From: Eledone cirrhosa
Lineage: Eukaryota
Length of the DNA: 64,000 nt
Direction of reading: 5' to 3'
Assembly (NCBI GenBank): GCA_964016885.1
Contig: OZ024741.1
Coordinates: 294,810,001 to 294,874,000 of the forward strand
A model generated the notes under the pieces. The model had not been told where the DNA came from, ran no database searches, and was given only the letters and a program-made list of their open reading frames with translations. A program made the translations under genes and the position numbers. Positions 25,690 to 38,757 of the stretch are shown one piece after another (the stretch's first letter is position 1; each line of letters starts with the position of its first letter).

Positions 25690-26560
25690 ATGATCCTTTT
25701 ACATCTGTTTTCCATATTTGCAGTGGTTGGATACATCTTTCCCAACACAGCTTCCCTCCACTCATTATGTTCCATTGTCATCTCCTCTGTGAAGTTCAGT
25801 GATTTGAGATTAGCCCATGTGTTTCTTTGTCCTCTACTGCAGCTTTCTTCCACTGGGATCTCTTGGTAATTCTTCATACAATGGTCATCAACCATATGCA
25901 TCTCAGGTCCATACTAGTACAGTCTTTTCTCTTGCACACTACATCTGATTCCTCTTATACCTAATTTTTGTTTTCTGCTCATCCATGCTTCATTGTTCAT
26001 GTACATTAATATCACTTCATTCATCTTCAGCCTTCACATATCTTTTGTATTCTCTGTTTATGTCTTGCTACTATTCAGCATCACATTTTGCATGCAAGCA
26101 TCATTCAACTGGCCTTGTATTTGCAGAGAAAGCTTTTGTAGTCAAAATGTGTAGTAGCCCTCTGACATTTATATTCATGGCAGTATTGAGTCAGCAATGT
26201 TTAACACTCTTTGCTTACCTAGTTAAGATTATCTTCTCATTCAGGATTCAAACAGCTACTTTGATAATGAGTCTCTATAAACATTGTGAATTATTTTGCA
26301 AAGATGGATCAGGTGAGAGCTGAACATTATAACACAAGATTTAATCTATCAGTGAACATACCACTTATCTTGATCTCATATTAACCCTCTCATATAGTAC
26401 ACCTTTCAAGAATCACTCAAGTACACTTCTCTATCTCATAGCATTCAGCATTTTATTACAGCACATTTGATTTTGTTGAAGCCTTTTCTATTTCAGAAAG
26501 TGCATGAGAAGTTCTAGGCTAAGTACTTCTTAAATAATTGTCATATTAAGAATCTCCATT
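25690..26560 (-). mobile_element. Old degenerate RTE copy
   Basis: The minus-strand ORF SRGQRNTW...MTMEHNEWREAV resembles the RTE C-terminus; upstream sequence retains EKAS/D and KYL-like remnants. Confidence 0.65.
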
Positions 26561-27330
26561 TAACTTTCAAATGTTTTTATTATTACATTGTATTACCAGA
26601 ACCTTACTACTAACCATTAATGATGCCACTCAACCTCTAGAATATATAACAGTTTCCTCCATGAAATTGTTAGCAGAGCAAGCGAGAATTATTCTTACCT
26701 ACATACATCAATTTCAGCTTTATTGTAATTCATAAAGTATCCCACAGAGTGCCTTCACTTCCTTCCCTTAATACCTACAAACATTCATAACAATATAAAC
26801 TTCACTATTAATAATTTCACATCATATTCATCTATTCCTTTCAATTACTGTTGTTTACCAAATGTTGTTGTTGGTTTTTTTTGTCATATTTTTTTTTTTT
26901 TGTCAATTGGAACTAGAACTTCACTATAACCGTAAATACTTGTATATAAGTAGAAAAATTGTTTTTCATAAAAGAAAAAATAACAGACTCCAAACCAGCA
27001 TACCTTGTATGTGAGTCAAGTGTTGAACCAAGAATGTTATATATAAAATGAAGATGCAAATTATACACAAGTATATATGGTATGTGTATGACTCTTATAT
27101 GCAAAAGCTTTCTCCATCTAAAATATTTGAAAACAAGTATCTGCACATATTTGTAATCTAATCTGCTGGCATTAATAAATTCTAATGGATTGGAATTTAT
27201 TAATAAATTACTTCATTCTTCTTTGTATTGTAGTCATATTAAAATATTAATTCACAATATTATTTGTGTGAACATATTTCCACTTCTGTCTCTGTATACG
27301 TCTATGAAACTATATGAGAAATATATATAA

Positions 27331-27376
<46 letters not shown>

Positions 27377-28791
27377 GCTAATTTATGACTTGACTCATAA
27401 GTAATGTAATTACCTTCTGATCTCAAGCACCAGAGGAAAAATACATTAAAAGCTTCTGAAGCAATGAAGCAATGCACCTGATAACATTTCTTTTAGTTTG
27501 AAACAAAACTGTTTTCTATTGTAGTTTAACAAATACATTCATTATATACAATAAATGATTATATAGAATGTGTATGCTAGTGAAATGTAAAAATGAATAA
27601 AAGCTAACATATGACAATATAATTTGACTTACTGGGAGACCAGGCCACCTAGCTTAATTAAATATCTGTGGCTTTTTTTCTCTTTTGGTGGAATTCCAAT
27701 TTATTAATATTTGTCATATCATTCAATTAGATTATAAGGTGTACTCTTGTATAAGTTGCAACCTTTTTTAAAGAAAATAAGTTTATGAAAAAAAGTAATA
27801 GGAGGATTTAAAAGATTTTTATTGAATCTAATTCAACCTGATATTAGAAAATATATATAGTTCTGAGAGTTATTTTCTGCTTTTGTGCTGCATTGAACAG
27901 CAATTACCATATATTTGCAATAAATGCTTTCACCAATATCTATTACCTATGATAAAATTAATTAGGTTCTTTTTTTTTTTTTTTTTTTTTGCAGTGAAGG
28001 GAGGTGGGGGGGTTATGAATTAGGGAAATATGTAAATAGCTCTGCATTTTAGAAGAAAATATCAATGTTGGTATTAATTAGGTATATAAACTAAATTATG
28101 CACACCTATTTAAATATTTAGTTATACCTGTTTTGTGTATATCATCATCCCCATCATCATTTCTTTGGTTTATAGGACTCATGCAGATTTTGACATTGAA
28201 TTTTGGGGTAAAGAAAGTATGTCTTATACACTGGAAAATATAGGATCCTTATTTTTATAATTGATGAGGGGGCAAGTACTGTTTCATTGCAGCCTTTCTT
28301 CACCAAAGAAATCCTGAAAATGCTTATTTATAGATAATTCATGACTAGGTAATGTCAGCATGACATATTTAACATAGCAGGCACATTCTATTGATTAATT
28401 AAACCCCCTATGAATTTCTAGTATTCTCTAGAAATGTGTAGCATTAAGGAACATATGCAGTTGAATAACTAGCGATCTAGATCTTAACTTATAACTTGGA
28501 ATAATGAACATGGGCAGAGGTAGTAATAATGGCTATAGCTTCCTAAAAATACCATTGCAAAACTTCCTAAAAATAAAGATAATCTGGATTATTTTATCAA
28601 TCAATAATACACGAATGCATACTTCATTCTCGTCACTGAAATGGATTGCTTACATAAGATTGATTTCATAACTATTATTTAAAAATGAATAAATGTCATT
28701 TGTTCAAAGTATAACAATGATGTTATGAAAATTAACATTTAAGAAATATAAATTAAAGAGTACATGTATGATTTAAATGGAAAAAAAAATG

Positions 28792-28830
<39 letters not shown>

Positions 28831-28834
<4 letters not shown>

Positions 28835-29020
28835 ATCAGCTGAAAAGTTCATAGGCTTACTATGAAGGAGTGATACTAGAGCTGTGAAATCTTGCATGCA
28901 TTAATTTAATTTCAACTCTTCTTCTGCATTCTTTCTTTCTAGGGACTATGTTGAAAAATGAACCTCATTTGGTCATTTCATAAGAGTATCTTGGTCTACC
29001 TATGAACTTTTAAGCCAACC

Positions 29021-29023
<3 letters not shown>
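28831..29023. mobile_element. Tc1/mariner-type MITE in (TA)n
   Basis: TIRs AAGGATCAGCTGAAAAGTTCATAGG / CCTATGAACTTTTAAGCCAACCCTT; TA repeats on both sides. Confidence 0.8.
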
Positions 29024-29071
<48 letters not shown>

Positions 29072-29208
29072 ATTTATTGTAGCTAAATAGTAAGTCTTGT
29101 TATGTTACTCTGAAGTTTCTCCTGCTTGCTCACTGGGTCATTAGGCAATGAATATTCCAACTCTACTTTGGTATTGAATACTCTTTCTCTCATCCAGCAA
29201 CTACATAT

Positions 29209-29246
<38 letters not shown>

Positions 29247-29282
29247 AGTAAGAATATTTTCGAAACAGCGAGCGAGTTTGAA

Positions 29283-29500
29283 ATTAGAAATATAAGCTAT
29301 CGCCATATTTTGACTAAAGAAATTACTTAGCCTGATAGTGGGGTTAAGAACCCTCGGAGAAATGGAAAAAGATGAGTATTGTAAATGATGAGTATGTACG
29401 TCAATACTCATCTTTTTCCATTTCTCCGAGGGTTCTTAACCCCACTATCAGGCTAAGTAATTTCTTTAGTCAAAATACTGCGATAGCTTATATTTCTAAT
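29283..29500. repeat. Inverted repeat (arms 29283-29381 and 29402-29500, 20-nt spacer)
   Basis: ~99-bp arms differing at about two positions; within (TA)n. Confidence 0.95.
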
Positions 29501-30483
29501 ATATATATATATATTTCTAATCGATGCAAGCATGGAAAAGTAGATGTGATATGATGATATTTATTAGGTATACACCTGGCTTATTTTAGATTTGTGATGC
29601 AATTATTTGACCTGATTCCAGTATATTTCTGGCACTCCTTGTTGACAATGAAGGATTAAACTTTTTTATCCCCACCCCCTACCATGTATGCAGTCTGCAT
29701 GCCTGGACTTCGACATGAAAATCACCAAAAAAGGGTATTTGCTATTTAAACCTGAAAAAAGATAAGGCTGAAACAAGGATATTTAACTGATTCTTATGGA
29801 AAGTGGTGTGAATAACAGCAGTTTAGAGTAATGCAATGCAAAAAATGTAATAGAAGCAGGGTAGAATATAGTCAAATATGTGGAGGATCGGAATATCTGG
29901 TTGGTGGGTTTGAAGCATTAAAAACATGCTCAATTTCAGCAGAATTTGGACACTAGATCTGAAGCTCTATATGTGAGATTGTAAATATTTTATTGTTGTT
30001 GTATTCTATCTCAATGTTGTTACAACTATTTTACCCTTATGAATCTTTTACTCATGAATCTCATTGTTGCTATATTGTTGTTACTGTGTTTTCGTTTGTT
30101 TTCTTTTCTAGTTACTGTCACATCCTCAGGCTAACTAAGATTTTGTTTTCTTTCTCTAAAAAGAATCCCCCTAGAATGTAAATAAAAGTATTCTTTTGTG
30201 ACATCCTGCCAAGCAGCTTTCTACTATGTTGCTAATGACTCCCTTCTTCTTCTTTGCATGGTTTATACACTGAAAGTTTAATACATTTCTGGATGATTAA
30301 TCATCTATTCACTCGTATTTAATGTCGATCTATAATTCACAAATGTTACAACATTGTTTGTCTTGTTTCCTGCCACTTGTTTTCTCTGTGCTAAGAAATT
30401 CTTACTACAACAACTGTCTTTCCATGTAATAAGCAATCACAATGTTTGATTTATACTATTTTCATTTGTTAAGATCCTTATAT

Positions 30484-30690
30484 TTCTTCTTCTTCTCCTC
30501 CTTCTTCTTCTTCTTCAGTTTTACATCTCTTTTTTCCATGCTAGAATGGATTAGATGATTTTTTTTTTGTGGGGGTAGAATTATATGGCAAGATGCCCTT
30601 TCTGATTCCAACTTTCACTTATTTTTTAAAATAAGTTACACATTTTGGCATTTCCAACTGCTGAGCAAGTGGGACCTTTGTATATGTAGA
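30484..30690 (-). mobile_element. RTE-related 3' end with (GAA)n tail
   Basis: (CTT)n followed by TTTTTCCATGCT...GATGCCCT...AAGTGGGACCT; same family at 40643-41145. Confidence 0.7.
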
Positions 30691-30759
30691 GCATAAATAA
30701 TTATCACTACTTGTGATGTCGAATGTGAAGAAAAGAGATAAATGGGCATACATGATCAC

Positions 30760-31030
30760 ACTATTCTAAGCTGAATGCCCATCAGGCTGGTGCTTATCCC
30801 CAGTTTCCTTGGCACTAAGCATCTTAGAATACAAGATTCTCCCTGGACAGAATGCCATTATATTGCAGATTTAACTCCCCAGCTATTGCTGGTACTCATC
30901 TGAGCAGAGTGTACTGGAACAATGAGAAAACATTTTTTGCTCAAGAATACAATGCAGCAGCCTGTCCAGGAATTGAACCAACAACATGATCATACGTCAA
31001 GCGTCCTACACATTAGGCCATGCACCTTTA
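30760..31030 (-). mobile_element. tRNA-derived SINE, family A
   Basis: Reverse-complement similarity to 5350-5635. Confidence 0.7.
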
Positions 31031-33239
31031 CACATATATATATATAGAATGAACTTTCTTCTAGTTTCCATGTACCAAATTCAATCACAAGACATTGGTC
31101 AGTTTTAGAGTATACTAGATGACACTTGCCCAAGGTATCCCACAATGGTATAGAACATAAGCTCTTATTGTTGCAAAGTAAACTTCTTAACTATATGACA
31201 TGCCTTTCACTTCTGTTTTTTATTGGAATTATTTTATATTTGATTTTTTTTTTTTTCGATAAATTTAAATCCTGAGATGAAACATCTGAATAAACTGATT
31301 ATTTAATTTCAAATTTATTTTTATGGAGTCATATTACCTGTAAGGGTATAATGTTGGTCAGCTATCTGTGAAAGCATTTAAATCATGATAGAAGCAATTT
31401 ATCTTGCTTCCTTAAGTATACTTAACTAAAATAAGTCTAATTCCTACTTTAAGATTCTGAGATTAATATACTCCCATAATTTAAATGTAAGCACATTTAC
31501 TTATCTATCTAAAGATCTCAGCATTAAAACAGGATTTAAAACAATAAATTATTGAATTTCTTGGTTTTTGCCTCTTCTTATTAAGATCACCAAATATTAT
31601 CGTAGATATTATCATCTCAATTTTAGCATCTATTTTTCCTACAGGACAAAATATTAGCTTGCAGTAGACTCCCATCCATTCATGTACTCTCAATTGCCTA
31701 ATACCCAGGAAACCAGGATGAAATCTGACCTATTGAGACTCATTATTTTTGAGAAAGATTTTCACAATACATTGCCATATCTGTTAATTCTGTCTCATCA
31801 TATCTGTAAGTGTTAAATACATTACAATGTCTTATGTCTTTTTCTGTAGTGTTTCTAAGATATATTCAAGGGAGCTGAAAGATTTTAAGTCAATGGGTGG
31901 ATGGGTGAGTCATATTCACAGGGATCCCTATTAGTTCAAAACACTGACTGGTGTATTGACTGGGCACCTCTCATACAGGCCTTTTCTGTTGTGGATACCA
32001 TTTACCACCAGCTCATAGTAGCTTTTAATCTTGCATGTCTTATACTTTTCTCCTTTAATGTCTCATATTAACTCCTTTCTTCACAGTCTCCTCAAATTTA
32101 TCTTTAACATACAATACCTATTGCATGTCTTGTAATACTACTATATCACATTCCTTCACATGTTTCATCTGAGAAACATGAATGTTAGTTAATGATTGTG
32201 ATATAGCTAAAGTGTAACTGGAGTAGTAACCAGGCTTTCAGTGAAATTCAACTTATTTTGAATTCAATCTGCCTTTCTTCAAACTTTTATGACATTTGAA
32301 TTTACTTAATATAGGTCTTATATAAAATAAAACAAAAATATTGTTTAAAGTTCGAAGTTAAAACATCTAGGATGAATTAGTGGGTTTATTTCCACAGCCA
32401 GTAGTTGTCTCTTTTTAGTCATGTTATCCATTAAAATCTAATATTGCCCTTTCTACTTCATTTCCTTAGCTTTTACTTTAATACATTGCTAAATTTAGAG
32501 AATTCTTTTTTGTATTGTTATTAAGTGCACTAGTAATTTTTTTTTAGTCAATAAGTTTTCCTTTTAGTATAAGTACTCAGAAACCGGGGCAACAACGAAA
32601 ACATTTAATTTTCTGAAACTTTTTAAGCTTAAAACAAAAATTAATATGTAAAAAAAAATGACATTAAATTGTTAGAATACAATTTTTTCAGTTTTTAAAA
32701 GATTTTTTACGGTAGTCATATAGTTGAATCATTTCTACTTAAGCTTTGCACTTAATCACAGCTCTTCTTAATTTAAAATTGTGGCTTATACTCACAGGAA
32801 AAAATCATTGTTTAGCACATTTATTTAACAGTTGTTCATGTTTTATTTTCAACTTTGTAGACTAAATATATTTTTCCTGTTAAACTATATTCCTATTAAA
32901 CAGAACTAAGTTGGCCTGGTCACCTTCAAAGTGCTTGCGTGATCTAAATGAGTGTTTCTGAACTAGATAATCGTTTTATTCTCATGTCAGCCAAATTATG
33001 TGTATATGTTAAGAGCTATGGGAATATGAATTGATGAATTATTTTTAAATATTTAACATCTTAATAAATACTGAGTAATATTATATATCAGAGAGAGCAA
33101 TGGATTAACAATTTCTGGAAATTGTCTGTAGTCCTCCAGTACAGTCTAGTTAGTGTCTGGTTTCTTCAAGAAGGTCGTTGATCTTGCTGACCACTAGCTC
33201 TCTGACAACTTTCATGATGCCAGGCACTCAGACTTAGTT

Positions 33240-34040
33240 TTTGTCAACCCAAGATTCCAGTTCAGTCAAAACTGAACAATACACCTGACAAAGGGTGACC
33301 ACATCTGTTCACCATTTAGGAACATTTGCACTTGCCATAGCCTCAGTACATATATGCGCATCAATAGCCACTGTATGCTGAACCAGCTAAGCAAAGGATG
33401 TTCCCAGCAGATAGATCACCTAACCAATGGAATGCATCCCTTCCACAAGAAGTGATAGAGCAGATGCTCCAATTTTGTGAGATGATAACTAGGCCAAGGG
33501 ACAATGATGAAGAGGTAATATATAATGGTAATGTATGCTTTTGTCATCTCTGCCATATCTTTCATGGATAGCTTTCTCTTAGCACATTTCTTGGAGAGGG
33601 CAACTACTCTACTCATTACCTCATCCCAGTTCCTATCCACTTGGATGTCTGGACCAAATTAGAACCTGAGGAAATTAACCAGTCTGACCATCAAGCAACC
33701 CATAATGTTGTTAAACAGTATGGGTTTGCCTCTACAGGTACTATGCTGCAACTCTACCAACTAGTCTAGATTAATATTTGTTCCTGTCAATGTTTCATAC
33801 TCATTTAAGAAATCACCAACTGTTTTGATTTCCTAGATGCTCGACACCATCATGGTTGTGTTGTCTACATATACCAATACAGCCCTTCCTCGTGCCAGTT
33901 CAAACAGGACACTCCTCAACAACCCCAGCTTGAGAGTCAGCAAATACAGAAGTGGAGAGGAGAGAGTACACCTTTGATGAACACAGTTTGTGATTTGAAA
34001 TGGTTCTGCTAGATGTCCATTTACTCTGATCCCTAAGTAG
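33240..34040 (-). mobile_element. Tx1/L1-clade LINE RT remnant
   Basis: RVNGHLAEPF..VHQRCTLSSPLLY, degenerate YVDN, RNWDEVM...RKLSMKD and FLWKG motifs, with stops and frameshifts. Confidence 0.8.
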
Positions 34041-34952
34041 ATTAAATTTGTTTTCTCACCTTGTTTTTTCAATAAAAATTTGGGGGTATATTCATGAATT
34101 GCATGCAACATTTTCCCTTAAAGTTGAAGATAGAGTAAGATCCCAGTCAGTTTAGCAATAAAACAAGACAATTCCCACAAAAAATGTTTTAAAGACACAT
34201 AAATAAATGACAGTCACGAGCAAATGTAAATGAGGCATTCCATTAAGTGACTATTAATAACATCAATAATAATAATATAGGCTGAATATGTGATTTAGGA
34301 AACAGTTGTATAAATAGTATTTCCAATAGTGTTTATTAAAAAATAAAAACCTTACTATGAACCATACACTGATCAGAGTTTCATTAAAGCAGGATGTAAC
34401 ACGTTAAGGAAATGATGTTATAAATCAAAGTGTAAATATATATATATAAAACAATAGTCAAAGTTGAAGAGTATAGGATTTATTTATAGAATATAGGTAG
34501 CCAGCTAAGTAGGTTTTAAACCTAACTTGGAGAAGAAACATAAAGGGGAATTGTGAAAAACATTTAAGATACTGTATCAGAATATAATATCAATATTTAC
34601 TCCAATTAACTAATCAAATTAATTAGAAAGCTGTTGCTCTTGACAACTAAAGTTAGCACATTTGTTAACTTCTACTAAATTGACAAATCAATTCAGAGAA
34701 ATCTGTAGCATTTAACATCGCCATATCCAACACCACCATCATCATTACTATCAGCAACGCCACCATCAACACCACCATCAACACCACCACCATCATTAAC
34801 ACCACCACCCATTCTACTGATCTTCAAGAAGCAGTGATTGGTAGGATATAAACAAATGGCACAAACTATCCCAACAGCTCCAATATGAAGACAGACTTGC
34901 CATTGTGCACATGCCCACACACATACAGATATGTATGTTTGTGTATCCATCG

Positions 34953-35505
34953 ATCATCATCATCGATTAACGTCTATCTTCCACGCTAGCATGGGTTAGA
35001 TGGGTTTGTCCCAATTAAAGGCAAGTTGGGTTGGGTGACCGTTTCTCACTCATATAGGAGAGTTTCTGGCTGGTTTACTATGGCTGGATGCCCTTCCTAA
35101 CGCCAACCACATTGACAGTGTGTGCTGGGTGCTTTTTGCTATGTCATTTACATGTCCACTTTATAGTGTGGGCTGGGTGTTTTGGGGCTGGTTTTCTACA
35201 GCTGGATGCCCTTCCTAATGGCAACCACATTGACAGTGTATGCTGGGTACTTTTTATCATGACACCTACACGATCACTTTACAGTGTGGACAGGGCACCT
35301 TTGTTGTGTCACTGACACAACACAGTGGGAACTGGGGAGGGTGGAGGGGCTTGGGGGGAGATCTGGTGAGGATAGTAGGGGAGGTATGGTTACCGCTAGG
35401 GGAGGTGGATGAGAAGAGATGGCAAGTTGAGGGAGGTGTTGCCTACTCGGTATAAGCCTCATCCCGAGAACAACATAGGGTGGGTCTTCCGTAAAACTGT
35501 GCATC
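34953..35505 (-). mobile_element. RTE 3' UTR fragment with an internal duplication
   Basis: (CAT)n tail; the GGCTGGATGCCCTTCCTAA block occurs twice (~35082 and ~35201). Confidence 0.8.
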
Positions 35506-35609
35506 TGTGTGTGTGTTAATATATAAATATATATAAAAAACTAAAAAATAGTTTTATATCTCTACATGGCTGAATACAAGCAATGTAAATCTGGGTTTTT
35601 CGAAAATAT

Positions 35610-36212
35610 TAATAATAATTGTTTCTACTTTTGGCACAAGGCCAGTAATTACCCAGTACATTACTGGTACTTTATTTTAACGACCCCGTAAGGATGAAAG
35701 GCAAAGTTAACCTCGGCGGGATTTATACTCAGAATGGAAAGGGCCATAATTCTATACGTCAAAGCATGGTGTCCCACCCTCTACCGACACTGCCAATCCA
35801 CCGCCCTAATATTAATAATAATTGTTTCTACTTTTGGCACAAGGCCAGCAATTACCCAGTGTATTACTGGTACTTTATTTTATCGACCCCGTAAGGATGA
35901 AAGGCAAAGTTAACCTCGGCGAGATTTGAACTCAGAATGGCAAGGGCCATAACTCATTGCGTCAAAGCATGGCATCCGACCCTCTGCCGGTACTGCCAAT
36001 CCACCGCCCTCTAATATTAATAATAATTGTTTCTACTTTAGGCACAAGGCCAGCAATTACCCAGTACATTACTGGTATTTTATTTTATCTACCCCGTAAG
36101 GATGAAAGGCAAAGTTAACCTCGGCGGGATTTGAACTCAGACTGTAAAGGGACGTAACTATGCTAGAAAGCATGGCGTCCAACCCTCTACCGATACTGCC
36201 AATTCACCGCCC
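35610..36212 (-). mobile_element. Three head-to-tail family-B SINE copies (~203-bp period)
   Basis: Units ~35610-35806, 35812-36009 and 36018-36212, highly similar and joined by TAATATTAATAATAA. Confidence 0.92.
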
Positions 36213-36339
36213 TCTAATATTAATAATAATAATATTCAATTTGTTTGCAATTATGCAAGCAGCCTCTTTAAGCCATGTGGTTAGAATGAACCCATCATTA
36301 TTGCTCTTGAGTTGGCATATATATATATATGTGTGTGTT

Positions 36340-36374
<35 letters not shown>

Positions 36375-36638
36375 GGAAAAAATGAAACAAAATTTCATTT
36401 CCCACTCTTAGTACGGCTGTTACTTAAATATAAATATGTATACGTACATACATATATGTATACAGACGTACAGTAGTATGTATATATATATACATACATG
36501 CACACATATATATATATGTACGTATGGATTCACCGAACATTTATTATAACGCTCGCTGTGTTTGTAAACAAACATCCCGTATTAAGCCGTAGTGTCTAGC
36601 AACCATCATTGCTCTTTTGTTCAACACTGACAAAGGAA

Positions 36639-36679
36639 CGCTGTACTAGTTTCAAGCTTATTAGCTATCGTCAGCAACG
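36639..36679 (-). ncRNA. Second intact H3 hammerhead candidate
   Basis: The minus strand reads CGTTG-CTGACGA-T-AGC-TAATAA-GCT-T-GAAA-CTAG-TA-CAGCG; only the helix II loop differs from the plus copy. Confidence 0.8.
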
Positions 36680-36989
36680 TATACCTTCCTGCCAGATAGT
36701 TGGACGTCCCAATCCATACGTACATATATATATGTGTGCATGTATGTGTATATATATACATACTACTGTACGTCTGTATACATATATGTATGTACGTATA
36801 CATTCTTATATTTAAGTAACAGCCGTACTAAGAGTGGGAAATGAAATTTTGTTTCATTTTTTCCGTTTATCATTTTCGGTGCACCCGGCCAATTAACCCA
36901 CTCGATATGCAAATTGGGCTACTCAGCCATTAATATGCATAAGGAAAGTATATACTTTCGGACGTTCAACTATCTGGCAGGAAGGTATA

Positions 36990-37030
36990 CGTTGCTGACG
37001 ATAGCTAACAAGCTTGAAACTAGTACAGCG
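36990..37030 (+). ncRNA. Minimal type I hammerhead ribozyme candidate (family H3)
   Basis: Helix I CGTTG/CAGCG; CTGACGA; T-AGC-TAACAA-GCT-T; GAAA; palindromic CTAG; cleavage triplet GUA. Confidence 0.8.
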
Positions 37031-37237
37031 TTGAACAAACGAGCAACGGTGGTTGCTAGACACTACGGCTTAATACGGGATGTTTGTTTACAAACACACT
37101 GAGCATTATAATAAATGTTTGGTGAATCTATACGTACATATATATATGTGTGCATGTATGTATATATATATACATACTACTGTACGTCTGTATACATATA
37201 TGTATGTACGTATACATACTTATATATATATATATAC

Positions 37238-37339
37238 AGAACTGTCGCTGGTTTGGTTTCTACAGCTGGATGCTCTTCCTAATGCCAACCTCATTTACAG
37301 TGTGGACTGGGTGCTTTTTATCATGGCACCAACATGACC

Positions 37340-37399
<60 letters not shown>

Positions 37400-37436
37400 G
37401 GTCATGTTGCTAAAAAGCACCCAGTCCACACTGTAA

Positions 37437-37467
<31 letters not shown>

Positions 37468-37670
37468 GGTCATGTTGGTGCCATGATAAAAAGTACCCAG
37501 TCCACACTGTAAATGAGGTTGGCATTAGGAAGAGCATCCAACTGTAGAAACCAAACCAGCGACAGTTCTGTATAAGTAAAATATGGTCATCGCAGTACAT
37601 TGTCTCACAGTACAACTCATCTAATCTTTGCTAGTGGGAAAAAATGGATCATTAAATGATCATGATGATG
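37238..37670. mobile_element. RTE 3' UTR fragment with a fold-back inverted duplication through (TA)n
   Basis: 37238-37343 is the reverse complement of ~37462-37570; a short third piece at 37395-37436 lies between two TA tracts; GAT tail at ~37660. Confidence 0.88.
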
Positions 37671-37839
37671 ATTGATATATAAATATATATATATACATGT
37701 GCACAAACTACACATAAGGAACATATGATTTGATTATCCATTTAATAGCAACTAAATTTATATCTTGATAAGTCTTATGAAAGAAGAAAGTGCTATATTT
37801 AAATTATAAAGGTTTTACTATTATATTTTTGTTCAAGTA

Positions 37840-38035
37840 TCAGCCACTCTCTGATAGGTTTGTTGTAGGGCCTGTACCTGTGGAGACTTACAGCATTCTT
37901 GGCTCCTGGACCACATCCCTACACACTGCTATCAGAATGGAATGCAAGTGCAAGCCACACGAGTTGGAGTGGCTGTTCTAGCACATCTCCCTTGCCATCC
38001 TCATGGGAAATATATTCTTCCATCCTGTCGGCTGG
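37840..38035 (+). mobile_element. CRE-like (RLE-type) non-LTR element C-terminal remnant
   Basis: Translates PVPVETYSILG...ELEWLF*HISLAILMGN, resembling the PxAVETxG...WLxQRISLAIxRGN end of CRE-type ORFs (recalled family pattern, not searched). Confidence 0.55.
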
Positions 38036-38160
38036 GACCACATGGTGGAGGGTAAATTTGCTGGAGATGGAGGATACTCATTTGGGGCAGCCTTTTTGAC
38101 TTGAGAAACAGTTTAATTACTTCTTCTAACAATCATACTTTATATTTATATATGTATGTA

Positions 38161-38757
38161 TCATCATCATCATCATCACCGTTTTACGTCCGTTCTTCCA
38201 CGCTAGCATGGGTTAGACGGGTTGTCCTGTTGTGGGCAGTGTCTGGTCGGCTGACCATGCCTTGCTCATACAGGAACTGATCTGGCTTGATTTCTACAGC
38301 TGGATGCCCTTCCTAACACCAACCTCATTTACAGTGAGTGCTGGGTGCTTTTTCGTGGCGCCTACACGTCCACTTTACAGTGTGGGCTGGGTGCTTTTTT
38401 GCCGTGGCACCTCCACGACCACCTTGCGGTGGGGGGGGGGGGGCATATTGTTTATATGCTTCAGCATGTACCCATGGGAGGTCGGGTACCCTGTATTACT
38501 GCGTGACGCCAGAAGTCACGGTCGTGTGTCATTGACTTTGAGAGGTGTAGTTGGGTAAGGTCGGCTCTTATCACCTCATCCCAAGTCATCTTGGGTCTCC
38601 CCACTCCGCGGTTTCCATCAACTTCTAGTGCTCTGCACCTTTTTATGCAGCTGTCATCCTTCATACGCATCACATGTCCATACCAGCGTAACCGCCTCTC
38701 CTGCACGCAGCATTTGATTCCTCTTATGCTCAGTCTCTCTCTCAATTCATTTATGCT
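38161..38757 (-). mobile_element. RTE LINE 3' fragment (second subfamily)
   Basis: ERRLRWYGHVMRM...GRPKMTWDEV; (CAT)n tail; 5' end at (TA)n; very similar to 18098-18690. Confidence 0.92.

Larger units (their letters stand above)
36369..37219. mobile_element. Hammerhead-bearing non-coding element (family H3): inverted copy plus ~1.2 tandem monomers
   Basis: 36369-36709 is the reverse complement of segments X+Y. Then Y(36711-36870), Z(36871-36959), X(36960-37124), Y(37125-37219) follow, giving a 414-bp period. (TA)n on both flanks. Confidence 0.85.
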
